Notes: generated by a model from the letters alone, not told the origin. Numbered from the whole stretch's first letter, positions 11,467-25,355 are shown. The stretch is DNA of 63,939 nt, filler included, from Octopus bimaculoides (GCF_001194135.2; 7 parts of 6 records of this genome joined end to end with filler, not necessarily neighbours in it), one strand, 5' to 3'. Translations and numbers: made by a program.

Positions 11467-13146
11467 CTATGAACTATTTCTTCTCTCTGTGGTTGGATTT
11501 AGCTTAAATTGTGTCTTAAGTTATGCTGTGCAGAAGATACTAAAGGAGGATGAAATAGTGCTATACATTACTACCGAAACTAAAAACTTTAAGAACTTTA
11601 TTTTATGTAAGAGAAAAAAAATGGCATGTTGTTTAATTTAATTTAAGTGACTCTTTCTCCATAATAGTAAATTCACTAGAGGCAAGGCATGTTTACAAAA
11701 TGGAAATTCAATGCAAGATAAAACTGAAGTACTGGAATGAGTCAAGACCGAGACGTTTATCAAGAGCTATGCAGTTTGACAGTAAATTATCAAATATTAA
11801 ATGAAATATCAATCAATCAAAAGGATGTATCAACTATTCTTGCACAGTAAAATGCATTAAAGAAAACTGAAAACAACAAAGCTCCGGAAAAGATCTCAAC
11901 AGTGGAAAACTATTAATAAGGATAACAAAACTGTTTATGGGAAGCTAGCAGTAAGGAAAATCCCTGAGTTATGGAACAAAGAAGGAAAATTAGACAAGTG
12001 CATAAAACAATGGCTATTAGCAAATAAGTACTTTCCCGTTCTGGCATTAGTTGCAAGGGTCTCATGGCATCTCACCACCCACTATGGTCTTTTGTCAGCT
12101 GGCACACAGTAACAGTGGAAACCAGTCAACTTCTTTTCTTACAGCTGGATGCTCTTCCTTATATACCAGACACTATACAGCATTAACTGGATGTATTTTA
12201 TTGTGTCCCCAGTGCCAGACAAACCGTCTGCAGCAGGCCTAAGTACCCATAATACTGTATTAATCTCTATTCAGAGTTACTGCTCAAGGTTTTTTCTTTT
12301 TTGTAGGTGGGTTTCACTATGGAAGATGCAGGGAGAATTTTAGCTACTAAAGGAGTGACAGTGTGAGCTTTTGACTACCAACCTATGTCATAGAAACAAC
12401 CAAGTAGGAAGGGTGTAGCTACCATCTACTGGTGGCTTGGCCTATGTCGTTAAGATAAGTGGTGAGGTAGGAAAGCAAGAATTACAACTATGCAGGTGTG
12501 TATGGCCAACTTTCATTTAAAATAAATACATATTTTTAGTAATGCAACTCAACATTATATAATTCTTTCCTAATTCACTGCATTCAGTTGAGAGAATTGA
12601 CTAGCAGAATTGAACAGAACAACAGGCAGAGATTTTTTTCATAAAGCATTTGAAGCAAACATGGTTGCTGGAGATTAATTTACTGAAGCTTATCATATAT
12701 ATTTTGATAAATCTAAAGAAGTTATTTTAAAATTAATAAAATAATTCTCATTTGTAGTGAAAAAGTAAATACTAATTAGGTATACATATACATCTTTTTC
12801 TAGTCCATGCAAAGACTAGCAGGAATAAGTAGACAGAAAAAAAAGTAACCATACAAAGTATCTATCAAAACTGAAAGTAGACAGGGGAAAAAAAAGGTAA
12901 AAAAAGAAGCAGAGAAGAAAACTTACTTTACAGGGTGGGTGCACAAAGTATTTGTGAACAAAAGCTAGTGGGCCACAAGTAGATGACCTTATTTAATTTT
13001 ATGCAACATGTTTTACTTTAACTTTTTCATTTCTCTTTCAGGCATCTGCATGGAAGATCCCAGTGTGATACAAAAAACGAATAGATAGCTCACTTCTTGA
13101 ACATGGCCAGATTATTCAGGTTTAGAATTGGGAAACAGGGTCAACC

Positions 13147-13550
13147 TCTGGTGAGGATCATCATCATCAGCATCATCATCATCATCGTTTAACGTCCGCT
13201 TTCCATGCTAGCATTGGTTGGACGATTTGACTGAGGACTGGTGAACCAGATGGCTACACCAGACTCCAATCTGATTTGGTAGAATTTCTACAGCTGGATG
13301 CCCTTCCTAACGCCAACCACACCGAGAGTGTAGTGGGTGCTTTTACGTGCCGCCAGCATGAAGGCCAGTCAGGAGGTACTGGCAACGGTCACTCTCGAAA
13401 TGGTGTATTTTACGTGCCACCTGCACAGGAGCCAGTTCGGCGGTACTGGCAACAGACTCGCTCGAATGTCTTTTCACGTGCCACTGGCACAAGTGCCAGG
13501 AGGGCGACGTTGGTAACGATCATGCTCAAATGGTGCTATTTACATGCCCC
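13147..13550 (-). mobile_element. RTE-clade LINE 3' UTR and tail
   Basis: catcatcatcgtttaacgtccgctttccatgctagc... near-identical to the ends at 2895 and 21355. Confidence 0.92.
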
Positions 13551-15870
13551 CGGTGAAATTCTGTCCATCTGGGACCCCTGTATCTCAGTCTACATTTGTT
13601 CTTCATAGACATATCTTTTTGGAATCAGGATGATCCCAGAATTGAAAATCTGCTTTTCATTTGGTTCTTGAAAATCCAGTATTGGGATCTGATTTAAAAG
13701 CATTTGGGTTGCTATTTCTAGCATGCTGATTCACACCATCTTGCTTGATGTTTGTTATATGACATCAGAGATCAAGGGGGAGATAAATGACATTCACTTC
13801 ACTGCTTTTTCGTTAAGATAAGAACTTTGGGATAAACTGGCCAACAGTTGGAATACAACTTGGGACTGGAACAATAGAATGATTACATCACAGAATTAAT
13901 GCTCGTCTTACCATCACCTCTGATCAAATACCACTGGTGTATGTAGTCATTATAGATGTATTATAGTCATGCTATTTAGCTCTCTGTACTTTTGAGCTAC
14001 AGGTCTAATTAGCCCTCCGCAGGAGCTAGCCTTCAAGTCCACATAGAGAGCGACTTTTAAGCTAGTTTATAATGAAAAGAAATAAGCATTTTCAGTGGTT
14101 GGATGTTTGAATGGCTGAATCCACCTAGCAGGTTCAAGACATCATCAAACGACTTCAATGGGTCAATAAGTGCAGTTGTTGAGCAGCTTAAAGCAACAGA
14201 ATCCATAATTAGATGTGTGATGAAGGTAGACATCAAATACATGATGAGAAGGGTCGTTTATGTCCAGCAAGACCCAGAAAAACTGGTTATGTAACCACCC
14301 CACCCACTGAAATCATGTGGCAAGTTAGTTCTGATTTGAATCTATACACTGCTATGCTTGTGGCATCATTGGGGTGGTTGGAGATCACAGTCCTCACAGT
14401 GTGAAGGACTCACTGGGGTATACTCATACCCCAGTGAATCCTGAAGAGTGGCTGTGGCAGGGACCTGATCCTGGCATGGAACTGAGGGAAGTTTTGTTGA
14501 ATGATCTGTTCTTTGATGTAGTTGAATTTATGTGCTATTTTTCAAGGAATATGTCATTTCTTCCATCTCATGCCTGTTTTTAATTGCTTCATTTTGTTCA
14601 AATACACTCTGTAAATATGTGTTTGAAATAACCAAATACCCATGTTGAGATATCCCATAAAGAAGTAAAAAAAACAAACAAACTAATTTTCACTATGACC
14701 TCTGGGAGGTTCTTAAGTTATTCTTCTAAAGACTAAATATGTCTGAAACCTCTAAGGGGTCATACAGACAAGAACAAAGATTCTATACACAAAACAAGAC
14801 AGTTATCATTATTATCATCATTTAACATCTGTTTTTGGTGCTGGCATGTAGTAAAGCTACGAATCTTTGCTAAACTCTTCAGAATATCTAATGTGTAGAA
14901 CAGTGTCAAATGCCAACAACTGACTGGTTTCAGAAAAAACACGAGGAACAAGACCAAGATGAAAATAATTACAAAACTTTTTGTTGCAGCTATCAATCAA
15001 TATCTATTTATATCCTTTAAGGTGACAATTATTTGACCAGATGCTCTTTAATAAGATGAATGGCTCTCCTGCTTTTAGGAAATTATCTCCAAGCTATGAA
15101 GGGATTTTAGCTGAAAATGAATAATAGTTATACTTGCTATTTATAGTGTTCCCACAAGTCATACACCCAGCAGCATTGTCTTGTTGCTATTTATCACTAT
15201 CTGAACTAGACTAATTAATTACTTTGACCACTCAGAATATAAGTACTATAGACAAACAGAAGTAAACTAACCTTTGAAAGAAATTACACTCTGACTTGGA
15301 CAGCTGCACATCACTGATGTAGCCACAACATTAAATGTTAGGAGCTGGTAAGCATGTACAAGAAGTCTTTCAGCCAAATTAGTGTTATCCTTGATTATTG
15401 ACCTCTTAGAATAGCAACTACAAATACAGTACCAATATACAACACAAAAGCAGTAACAGTATCAATGTCATACAGGAATTATGATGTACACCATGAACAA
15501 GTTATGCTTTGACCCACTTTTTCTAGTAACAGAACCTACTGGCATACACAAAATAGATTGGACAAACAGCATATCCACTAACAAACTACAACTTACTCCA
15601 TAACTCAGTAAATGTTGGATTGCATATGTAGCAGTGTAATACCAAGACCATTGACTGTAGTTGCACCTAATAGACTACCACTATGCTTGGGGTTCAATGA
15701 TTTACAGATTTAGCTTGGTTGAGAAAATAATAGTAAGGTTATAGCAATAGTTAACATGATAAAATGACCACTTTTGTATGAATTTGCATTACTCATAAAG
15801 TATTTTACTCTTTCTTCTATCAAAAGTAAACATTCAAAATTTTGAAAACATACAATGCTAGTACTATTAA

Positions 15871-18316
15871 CCTTTGGTCTACCAGAGAAAATATATGTCA
15901 TTAATTACCAACTGGGTCCAATGGACCCAATATTTTTCTTTCAATTAAATTTTATTCAAACTACCATTATTTCCTTGCTACATTATATATACCATCAGGT
16001 GAATGAAGAATTAGTTTCTCACAAATTTTAATTTAAAAAATACAGCTTACAGAATATATTATAGATTTTAAAAATTACAAAAATACAGCTCTTCATGGCA
16101 GCAAATGCAGACAACATTGGAATGTTCTTGGCAAACATGGATATTACAATTCTTACATGTAGTACAAGTTCTCCTGTCTTTTTTTGGGCCACACAAAGAA
16201 CATCTACTTTTTTTTCTTTGGCTGAGGAATCTGAAATGAGGTTGAAGATCGTCTTCTTTTCTTGCTTGGTTGAGAAATGTTAGCAGAACTAAAAGATTGT
16301 TTGTCATATTTTTGTTGAGCAGTGATGTGCAGCTGTCCGAGTCAGCAAATTCCTTTCCTAACTGAATTAGGCACTGTCTTTTATCCTTGAAGCTTTGCAA
16401 GTGAAGCTGTTTAGCAACAATGAAAGCATTCACTGCACTTATATCAATCATGTTGTAGAATATAACCGTAAGCCATCTTCGAGTCATTCTTTTGGAAGTG
16501 TATGTCCTTTCCATCGTATCTAGGGTATTTTACTCCTCCTTTTGTTTTGTTGTAACATGTAATAACTTCTGGTTTCTTTCCAGCATTTTTAAAATCAGTT
16601 GAAGGCTGAGAGTGCATTGTACTCATAAGTGTGACTACATAATCTTTCTTGGGACAATAAGATAGGATCATAGAATCCTTTTGAAATCCAAATATTTCTC
16701 TTTCTTTTCCATTTGTGAAAGCACTTGGAAGTTTAACTGTTCTTTCTAATTGTTCCAGCTAAAGTAGTTTTCGAGCCAATCCTAGACTTGTAAAAAGATC
16801 ATCACAAGTTATATTGCGACCAGCATTTTCAAGTTCTTTTACTAGGTCTTCAACAAGTCTTGAACATTGATTTGTCTCTCTCCCTTTTACTGAGTCTTTT
16901 TCAGCGTAGATTTTGCATTTTCCAGGCATAAGATGTTTCACTGTGGCATATTACCCAAATTTTAATTCCATATTACCCTGGTTTTGAAGGAACATATACC
17001 TGGAATGGGCAGCGCCCTCTGAATGAAACTAATTGTTCAACTGTCACGCATGAACTTGGAACATATCCATCTTGCAAATTCTGATTCCACATTTCAAATA
17101 CTTCTCTTGTGGGCTCCAATTTATCATTACTTCTCTCTTTTTTTTTGTCTTCTTGCACTAGCATCATCAAAACGCAATACTTGTAAAATCTGTTGAAATC
17201 TTCCCTGGCTCATAATTTTGTTGAATATTGGGCGGCTATCTTCTTGACTCCATAACTGTATGACATTTTCATGTTTAGCTTTATGAACATCCATAAGAAT
17301 AATCAGTCCAATAAATTTCTTTAGTTCAGAGTGATCCATTTCCTTCTATTTATCTTTGTGAACAACCTGACCATCAACATTTGTCCATTTATGAATTACT
17401 TCAAGAAGATTCTGGTACATAGTAAAACATGTTTCCATGCTATCACAAGACCTTTTAGCAAAACAGGATGGTTCACATTCTTGGTGCACAATATTGCAAG
17501 ATGAAGTTCTTACTGCTGTATGAGTAAGAGGATTAGAATGCCAAACTTCTTGTCTGTCCCTAGAAACATTGCTCATTCATAACTGGGTGGCTTGCAGATA
17601 ATTGTTTTTGAGTATCTTCATCATCTGATGACACAGAACCTAAACTGTCCAGCAAACAATCACTTTCACCATCATCTTCATAGCGATAGAAGGGATCACT
17701 ATTATCTTCTTCCCATTCTTTATCTAATTTCAATAACCTTTATGATATTTGGTCTTCACTCAAGTTTTCACGTCTAGGCATATTGAAAAGCACAAGGGAA
17801 CTATATAAAACTTGATAGCAGACTAAAGGCAGATATTGCTCTCTCACATATCTATACTCTCCTGAAAGATGCAATATATTGTAAGAATTGTGTCATCACA
17901 TAGAAATATTGCATCACCCTATAACCTAACAGATTGAAGGTGATGCAATACCACACAAATTTACAGGAATATTTTCATAATTTGTCCTATTTTATCTAAA
18001 ATTCAGCAAATAATTGAATACAATTTTATCTATTTTATATTTGATAAATATCTAGGAAAATAATATTTGATACTGCTTTTATTCTGTTTAGGACGACAAG
18101 ATTATTGTCTGAATTTAATTTGAGGGTCCAATGGACCATACGGTAATTAATGTATAAAGTGAAATTTTCTAGCTTTTATAAACATACGGAAAATTTCCCA
18201 TTTGACAAATAAAAAAGAGTCAAGTAGAAATCAGCAGAATCAAATAATATAAAAAGTAGGAAAAAGCAATTGAAAAAACTGAAATGGACCCATTGGACCC
18301 ATTGGTAGACAGAAGG
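15871..18316 (-). mobile_element. piggyBac-superfamily transposon with both termini; transposase degenerate
   Basis: TTAA at 15867-70 and 18317-20; TIR CCTTTGGTCTACCA vs CCTTCTGTCTACCA; broken ORFs give ELKKFIGLIILM, RFQQILQVLRFDD, VEQLVSFRGRCPFQVYVPSKPG, NITCDDLFTS, YNKTKGGV, RRW...FYNMID and a C-terminal CxxC-rich domain. Confidence 0.95.
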
Positions 18317-18842
18317 TTAATTTGACAAGATGAACAATACGTGAAACACTGGGTATGTGAAAGTCAAAACACCTTAACAATTAACCAATAATTCCAATGT
18401 GTTTAATGAAATATCAAACATTAAAAACAATGAAAATTATCTGGTACTAACAGAGAGAAAAAGAAAAGAAAGACCTCTCGAATCCTAGTGATATCTATCA
18501 AAACTTCAGAACCAGAATATACCAAATAAATGCTAAATAGTGTAACAGTGTAATTGGGAAGACTGTAGGTTCCACATGTTAAGAAATTTGGAAGAGATTA
18601 ATTGCAAAATAAAGCAGCTGAAGGGAAACTCAAATATGCAAGAGCCTGCAATCAGAATATTACTGCAAGCTGAGAAACAGAATGTTATGAGGTAGATAAT
18701 GATAGCTGAAATACCAACAAACTAAAGATTTTCAGTAAACAGGTTGCAAGTTAAAGCTTGGTCTTTAATTCAGTCTTAAATTTTAATTACATTAGTAAGT
18801 AGATGAAATTAGCCTTTTATATATATATATATATGTATATAA

Positions 18843-19207
18843 TGTGATGGCACCTGTGCCCAGCGTCACCTTTCTGGCACTTGTGCCCGCGGCATGTGTA
18901 AGGACTTTCGAGCGAGATCGTTGCCAGTGCCCCTGGACTGGCTCTTGTGCGGGTGGCACATAAAATACACCATTTTGAGCGTGGCCGTTGCCAGTACTGC
19001 CTGACTGACCTTCGTGCTGGTGGCACGTAAAAGCACCCACTACACTCTGAATGGTTGGCATTAGGAAGGGCATCCAGCTGTAGAAACTCTGCCAAATCAG
19101 ATTAGAGCCTGGTGTAGCCATCTGGTTTGACCAGTCCTCAGTCAAATCGTCCAACCCATGCTAGCATGGAAAGCGGACGTTAAACGACGATGATGATGAT
19201 GATGATG
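18843..19207 (+). mobile_element. RTE-clade LINE 3' UTR and (GAT)n tail, flanked by (TA)n
   Basis: Reverse complement of the 2895-3245 end; ends gttaaacgacgatgatgatgat. Confidence 0.93.
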
Positions 19208-19978
19208 TATATATATATACCAACAATAGCATCCCTGAGGGCAATATTCTCTGGAAACATACAAACGCCCTTTTCAGAGGTATTTACTTTGAATTGTTAT
19301 TATCTCATATCTGATTAGCCTGTCATTACGTAATATGCTTCATAATTTTAGTATACATACCTTACTAGTATTTCCTCCTATGTTCTATAAACTCTTAGAA
19401 CGCATTACAGCCCTTTTCAGGGCTACTTTATTTGAATTCTTACTATCGGGTAACTAATTACATAACCGACTACACAATTTGGGTATTCATAACTTGTTGG
19501 GAATTTCTAAAAACAAGATCCTGTGAAAGACAGTTCAGTATTCTCAGTAAATGTACAAAAAACAGTAATAAGAGCTATAAACATTGCATTGCTGTTATTG
19601 GATTAACAAAACAATTATGAAAATAGAACAAAGGGATAAGGCCCACTTTCCCAGGAATTACTGGCTACGTCAGCTAGTATATACCTATATATAAATGCAT
19701 ATATTTATATATATCCATCCAATTATATATATATATATATATATATATAATTGTATATACAAGAATAAGGGCAGGGAATCGTCAATTAATAATAGAATTA
19801 ATAATTAACAATTTTGCCAAGTAGTTCAGTATGAAAAAACCTTTACCGGTAAAACCATTTATGCCTGAACTCACTAGCCGATGAATTCGTAAGTGCCTTT
19901 CTTATCGTTGATTTTTGGTGTCGCATGGCCAAAAATTACCGTGAATTTTTTTAGAGACACTTTCAAATTTATCAGAAT

Positions 19979-20043
19979 ATTGGACTGAAGATTTGGAATA
20001 GAGAAATTTTCATTCTCTTAACCATGAAACGATCGTATCCAAT
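19979..20043 (+). ncRNA. Type I hammerhead ribozyme fold (Penelope-type)
   Basis: attgga-CTGAAGA-[imperfect stem II: tgg/cca, agagaa/ttctct]-GAAA-CGATCG-TA-tccaat; 6-bp stem I, palindromic stem III ACGATCGT, GUA site at 20037. Confidence 0.65.
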
Positions 20044-20235
20044 TAACTAAAGACTTGTTTTGTTTATGCTTTTCCCTCCGGTTTTTTGTTCTATGTGTGC
20101 CATAAATATCGCCATCCGTTTAGAGAAAAATTTGTAGTTTAGAATCAGTAGTTCTTTGACTGCTATTTCTAAATTTTCAGTATGTTGGAGAAGCAACTCA
20201 ATGCTAATCCCTGTATATAATTGTATATGTATGTA

Positions 20236-20606
20236 TTCTTTTATTGCTTTACTTGTTTCAGTCATTTGACTGCAGCCATGCTGGAGCATCGCCTTTAGTC
20301 GAGCAAATCAACTCCAGAACTTATTCTTTGTAAGCCTAGTACTTAATCTATCGATCTCTTATGCTGAACCGCTAAGTTACGGGGATGTAAACACACCAAG
20401 TGATGTTAGGGGGACAAACAGACACAAACATAAACACACACACATACATATACGATGGGATTTTTCCAGTTTCCGTCTACCAAATCCACTCACATGACTT
20501 TGGTCAGCCCGAGGGTATAGTAGAGGACACTTGCTGAAGGTGCCACGTAGTGGGACTGACTCCTGGACCATGTGGTTGCTAAGCAAGCTACTTTCCACAC
20601 AGCCAT
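20236..20606 (-). mobile_element. SINE type A, full length
   Basis: Reverse complement of head atggctgtgtgg...ggagtcagtcccactacgtggcacc, the core and the tail. Confidence 0.93.
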
Positions 20607-21065
20607 AAATAAATAAATTAATTAATGTAAATAGATTGAATTATTGTGATTTAGCTTCATTTTGTATATAATATACAATGTATTTTACGTATTTTAGATT
20701 TAAGTTATTCAGACTTTAGTATTTTTAAGTAAATGATATCCTACAGTTAAGTTTTTCCTTATTCTCACATCTATAATACATTGTCATCTTAACAGTTTAA
20801 ATACATATTTCTATCTCATTATTCCATAATTTTTTATTTACGCCGTATTTTCACGTGATTTATTTTGTATAAACACTAAGTTCTACATATTACGTTTAAA
20901 ATTTTAGTTTACAGCAAATTTTCAATAAGATAAGTTGTGCTTTTATTTTAAGAAATATTGTTAACTGTTTTTCAATTATTTATTTATTGTTAAAACAAAT
21001 ATTTTTTTTTAGATATGTTACAATACGTAGATTGATTTTTTAAAAATTATTTTAATTTTATTTTA

Positions 21066-21193
21066 GACCTGATGAGTGACTATATTTTTGAATAGATTTA
21101 ACTGTAGATTGATTTGATTATTAATCGAATTATTAATTGAATTGGTTTTAGTAGATATCTACTTGAAAATATAGCCACGAAATGTGCATAGTC
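21066..21193 (+). ncRNA. Type I hammerhead ribozyme fold with a very long stem II loop
   Basis: gac-CTGATGA-gtgactatatttt...aaaatatagccac-GAAA-TGTGCA-TA-gtc; 12 of 13 stem II pairs, stem I only 3 bp, AUA site at 21190. Confidence 0.6.
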
Positions 21194-21354
21194 ATTTTAT
21201 AACATTTACTAGTTGTTCTTTTATAAATTTCATTTTTTTATTGATTTTTTGAATAAGGTTTTTATGATATGTTTATTTTCTGGAGGGTATGAATTAAATT
21301 CTTCTTTATTGAATTATTTAATAGTGGTTTTTCTCTAAATTACATATATATATA

Positions 21355-24180
21355 TCATCATCATCATCATCATCATTGTTTAACGTCCGCTTTCCATGCT
21401 AGCATGGGTTGGACGATTTGACTGAGGACTGGTGAAACCAGATGGCTACACCAGGTTCCAATCTGATTTGGCAGAGTTTCTACAGCTGGATGCCCTTCCT
21501 AATGCCAACCACTCCGAGAATGTAGTGGGTGCTTTTACGTGCCACCGGCACGAAGGCCAATCAGGCGGTACTGGCAACGGCCACGCTCAAAATGGTGTAT
21601 TTTATGTGCCACCTGCACAAGAGCTAGTCCAGGGGCACTGGCAACGATCTCGCTCGAAAGTCCTTATACATGCCAGCAGAGGCAAGAGCTCTCTGAACTT
21701 TTCTCAGGCTATTCTTATTCTAGCAGCTACACTTTCCGCGCACTGTCCCCCACTACTAACTTGGTAACCTAGATAGCGGAAGTTATCAACTACGTGTAGT
21801 TTTTCTCCCTGGAATGTGGCGGAAGTTGTTTTCTGCACATTTACAGTGTTTATTGCTCCTGAACAGAGTTTCTACGTATGCCTTTTCTACAGATCAAGCA
21901 GGGCCATCTGCCTGAAGGGGTTTGTGTCTGTTCTACCTTCCTACTTATTAGGACTTTGGCTTTAGCTAGGTTGACTCTAAGGCTCTTTGATTGTAGTCCT
22001 TGCTTCCACACCTGAAACTTCTCCTCTAGTTCTGATAGTGACTCAGCAATTAGTGCAAGGTCATCAGCATAGAGGAGCTCCCTGGGGCATCCTGTCTTGA
22101 TTTCCTCTGTTATTGCCTGGAGGACTATGATAAATAGGAGGGGGCTGAGGACTGAACCTTGGTGGACACCTACCTCTACCTGGAATTCTTCACTGTACTC
22201 ATTGCCAACCCTCACCTTATAGACAGCATCACTGTACATGGCTCGCACAGCCCTCACTAACCATTCTTCTATCCCTAGTTTCCTCATTGACCACCAGATA
22301 ATGGATTGGGGGACACTGTCAAAGGCTTTCTCCATCTCAACGAAAGCCAGGTAGAGAGGTTTATCTTTGGCTAGGTATTTCTCCTGCAGCTGTCTTACCA
22401 GTAATATAGCATCAGTGGTGCTTTTGCCTGGCACAAACCCAAACTGCATGATCTAACAACTTGATACCTCTGTAATTATTTGTATCTAAAGCATCACCAT
22501 TACCTTTGTAGCAAGTGACTATGGTGCTGCTACACCAGTCATTGGATATGACTCCTTCATGTATCACCCGGTTAACAATACGGGTGGCTAGGCTATAGCC
22601 GACACTGCCAGATAATTTGAGCATCTCTGAAGTGATTCCTGATGGGCCGGGGGCTTTCCCTGTCTCCGTACTCTTAATTGCTTTATCTACCATGGTACTG
22701 TCAACTCAGATAGCTGGTTCCTCTGTTGGGTCAACATTCGGCAGACTCTCTTTCTCTCATTCATTCTCTTTGTTGAGCAACCATTCATAGTGGCGTCTTC
22801 AAATCTCTCTCTTTGCAGCCTCGTTTAGTGCAAGTGTACCATCATCCATGCGAACACATTTCTCTCCCGCGACATCATAATTCTCTCTCATACACTGTCT
22901 TGCAACACGAAATACCTCAAGTCTTTGGTCCTCACGGCGCAGAACATTGGCAAATTTTTTTCTCATCTGCTTCCCCTCTGGTTAAATAAACCTGTCACCT
23001 AGCTTCCCTTCTGGCAGTCTGATACAATTCCCTGCTACCACCTTTCTTCCAGTCCTTCCAAACTTGTTTCTTCTGTCTAATAGCCCTGTCAACAACATTC
23101 TTCCATCACCACATTATTTTGAGTTGAGAGGGGACTTTGCACCATCCACAGATCTGGTCAGTGGCCCTCAGCAGGTTTTCCTGTAGAAACATCCAGTTGT
23201 CTTCTACATCGTGTGACGCTATATCCCCCTCTATTTCGTCAAAGGCTTCGAGTAATAAGTCTCTAAATCTCTGTCCATTCGCAGGATCTTTGAGCTTCCA
23301 GATCCTTCTCCTCCATGCTGGTCGTCTTCTCGGCAACCACTTAGTCCTGATCCTGAAGTCACTAACTACCAGTCTATGTTGTGGGGTACATTCTTCGCAT
23401 GGGAAGGTTTTGGCATTTATAAGCAGACATCTTTCCCTTTTCCTGGTGAGGATGTCGTCAATTTGACTAGTATGTCTGCCAGAACAGTAGGTGATTAGGT
23501 GACTCGTAGGTTTCCTGAAGTTAGTATTGCAGACGATAAGGTCATTTGCATCACAGAACTCCAGCAGCCTGGTTTCCTCCACATTGCGGGAACCAAAACC
23601 ATAGCCTCCATGTACGCCATGGAAGCCCCCTGAATGTTGTCCAATATGACCATTGAAGTCACTAGTCAGAAAGAGAAGGTCCCTGTCATTCGTCGACGAG
23701 GTAGTCTGCAAGAGCGTGTCATAAAATCAGTCTTTCAGTCCGTCGGGTAGCCCGGGCTGAGGGGCATAGGCCGAGATAATGGTTGCTAAACCATGGTAAA
23801 GGACTAATCTAATCTTAAGTATTCTATCACATACTCTAGCTACCTCAATTACCTTATCCACCCATTTCTCTGCAAGAGGAATGGATTCCCTGCCCAGAAA
23901 ATCTTGTACCTGTCTTCTTTGCCTGTGAGGAACCTAGTGGAACCTTACTTCTTGGAGGCAGCAGATATCGACACCTTACTTCTTGGAGGCAGCAGATATC
24001 GACACATCTCCATTCAAGCATCTCAACAATCTCACCAGACCTACCTTTCAGTGTGTCGATGTTGAGAGTGCAAACCCTGAGGGTTTGGGAGGTAAGGGCC
24101 CGTGAGACCCTGGGGCGGGGAACAGCAGCGTCATGTACCTGAAAAGAAAGCTCGCATTTTGCAGAATTCATAAACAATCA
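21355..24180 (-). mobile_element. Near-full-length RTE-clade LINE (APE endonuclease + RT) with internal deletions
   Basis: LRVCTLNIDTLKGRSGEIVEML...DICCLQEV, SDFNGHIG, SQIDDIL and QHRLVVSDF (APE); KAPGPSGI, QGSVLSPLLF and LLYADD (RT); (GAT)n tail at 21355-21375. Confidence 0.96.
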
Positions 24181-24984
24181 GTAGCATTCCTTTCAGCCAG
24201 CATCTACTACACTATCGTATTTTGCACTATATGATCACTACCTTACATAGGAGATAAACCCTAAGTGGGGGTGGGGGGAATGGCGTGAAGCCTTNNNNNN
24301 NNNNNNNNNNNNNNNNNNNNNNNNNNNNNNNNNNNNNNNNNNNNNNNNNNNNNNNNNNNNNNNNNNNNNNNNNNNNNNNNNNNNNNNNNNNNNNNNNNNN
24401 NNNNNNNNNNNNNNNNNNNNNNNNNNNNNNNNNNNNNNNNNNNNNNNNNNNNNNNNNNNNNNNNNNNNNNNNNNNNNNNNNNNNNNNNNNNNNNNNNNNN
24501 NNNNNNNNNNNNNNNNNNNNNNNNNNNNNNNNNNNNNNNNNNNNNNNNNNNNNNNNNNNNNNNNNNNNNNNNNNNNNNNNNNNNNNNNNNNNNNNNNNNN
24601 NNNNNNNNNNNNNNNNNNNNNNNNNNNNNNNNNNNNNNNNNNNNNNNNNNNNNNNNNNNNNNNNNNNNNNNNNNNNNNNNNNNNNNNNNNNNNNNNNNNN
24701 NNNNNNNNNNNNNNNNNNNNNNNNNNNNNNNNNNNNNNNNNNNNNNNNNNNNNNNNNNNNNNNNNNNNNNNNNNNNNNNNNNNNNNNNNNNNNNNNNNNN
24801 NNNNNNNNNNNNNNNNNNNNNNNNNNNNNNNNNNNNNNNNNNNNNNNNNNNNNNNNNNNNNNNNNNNNNNNNNNNNNNNNNNNNNNNNNNNNNNNNNNNN
24901 NNNNNNNNNNNNNNNNNNNNNNNNNNNNNNNNNNNNNNNNNNNNNNNNNNNNNNNNNNNNNNNNNNNNNNNNNNNNNNNNNNNN

Positions 24985-25028
<44 letters not shown>

Positions 25029-25082
25029 CATATACATACACATACATAACACACACATATATATATACACATATACATACAT

Positions 25083-25115
<33 letters not shown>

Positions 25116-25355
25116 CAAACACATACATACACACACATACATAACATATATATACATACACATACAAAACATATATATATATATATACACACACACATAT
25201 ATATATATATCCATACACACACACACATATATATATATATCCATACACACACACATATATATATATCCATACACATGCATAACATATATANNNNNNNNNN
25301 ATATATGAATAATAATAATAAATGGAGCAAAACGCATATAAATAAAAGTTTCTTT

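Noticed and set aside
12927-13119. Candidate exons (minus 12927-12987; plus 13042-13119)
   Set aside because: The first has a purine-rich acceptor; the second has stops in all three frames
14442-14480. CTGAAGAG after the 14406 hairpin as a hammerhead core
   Set aside because: No GAAA closing a stem II at a suitable distance
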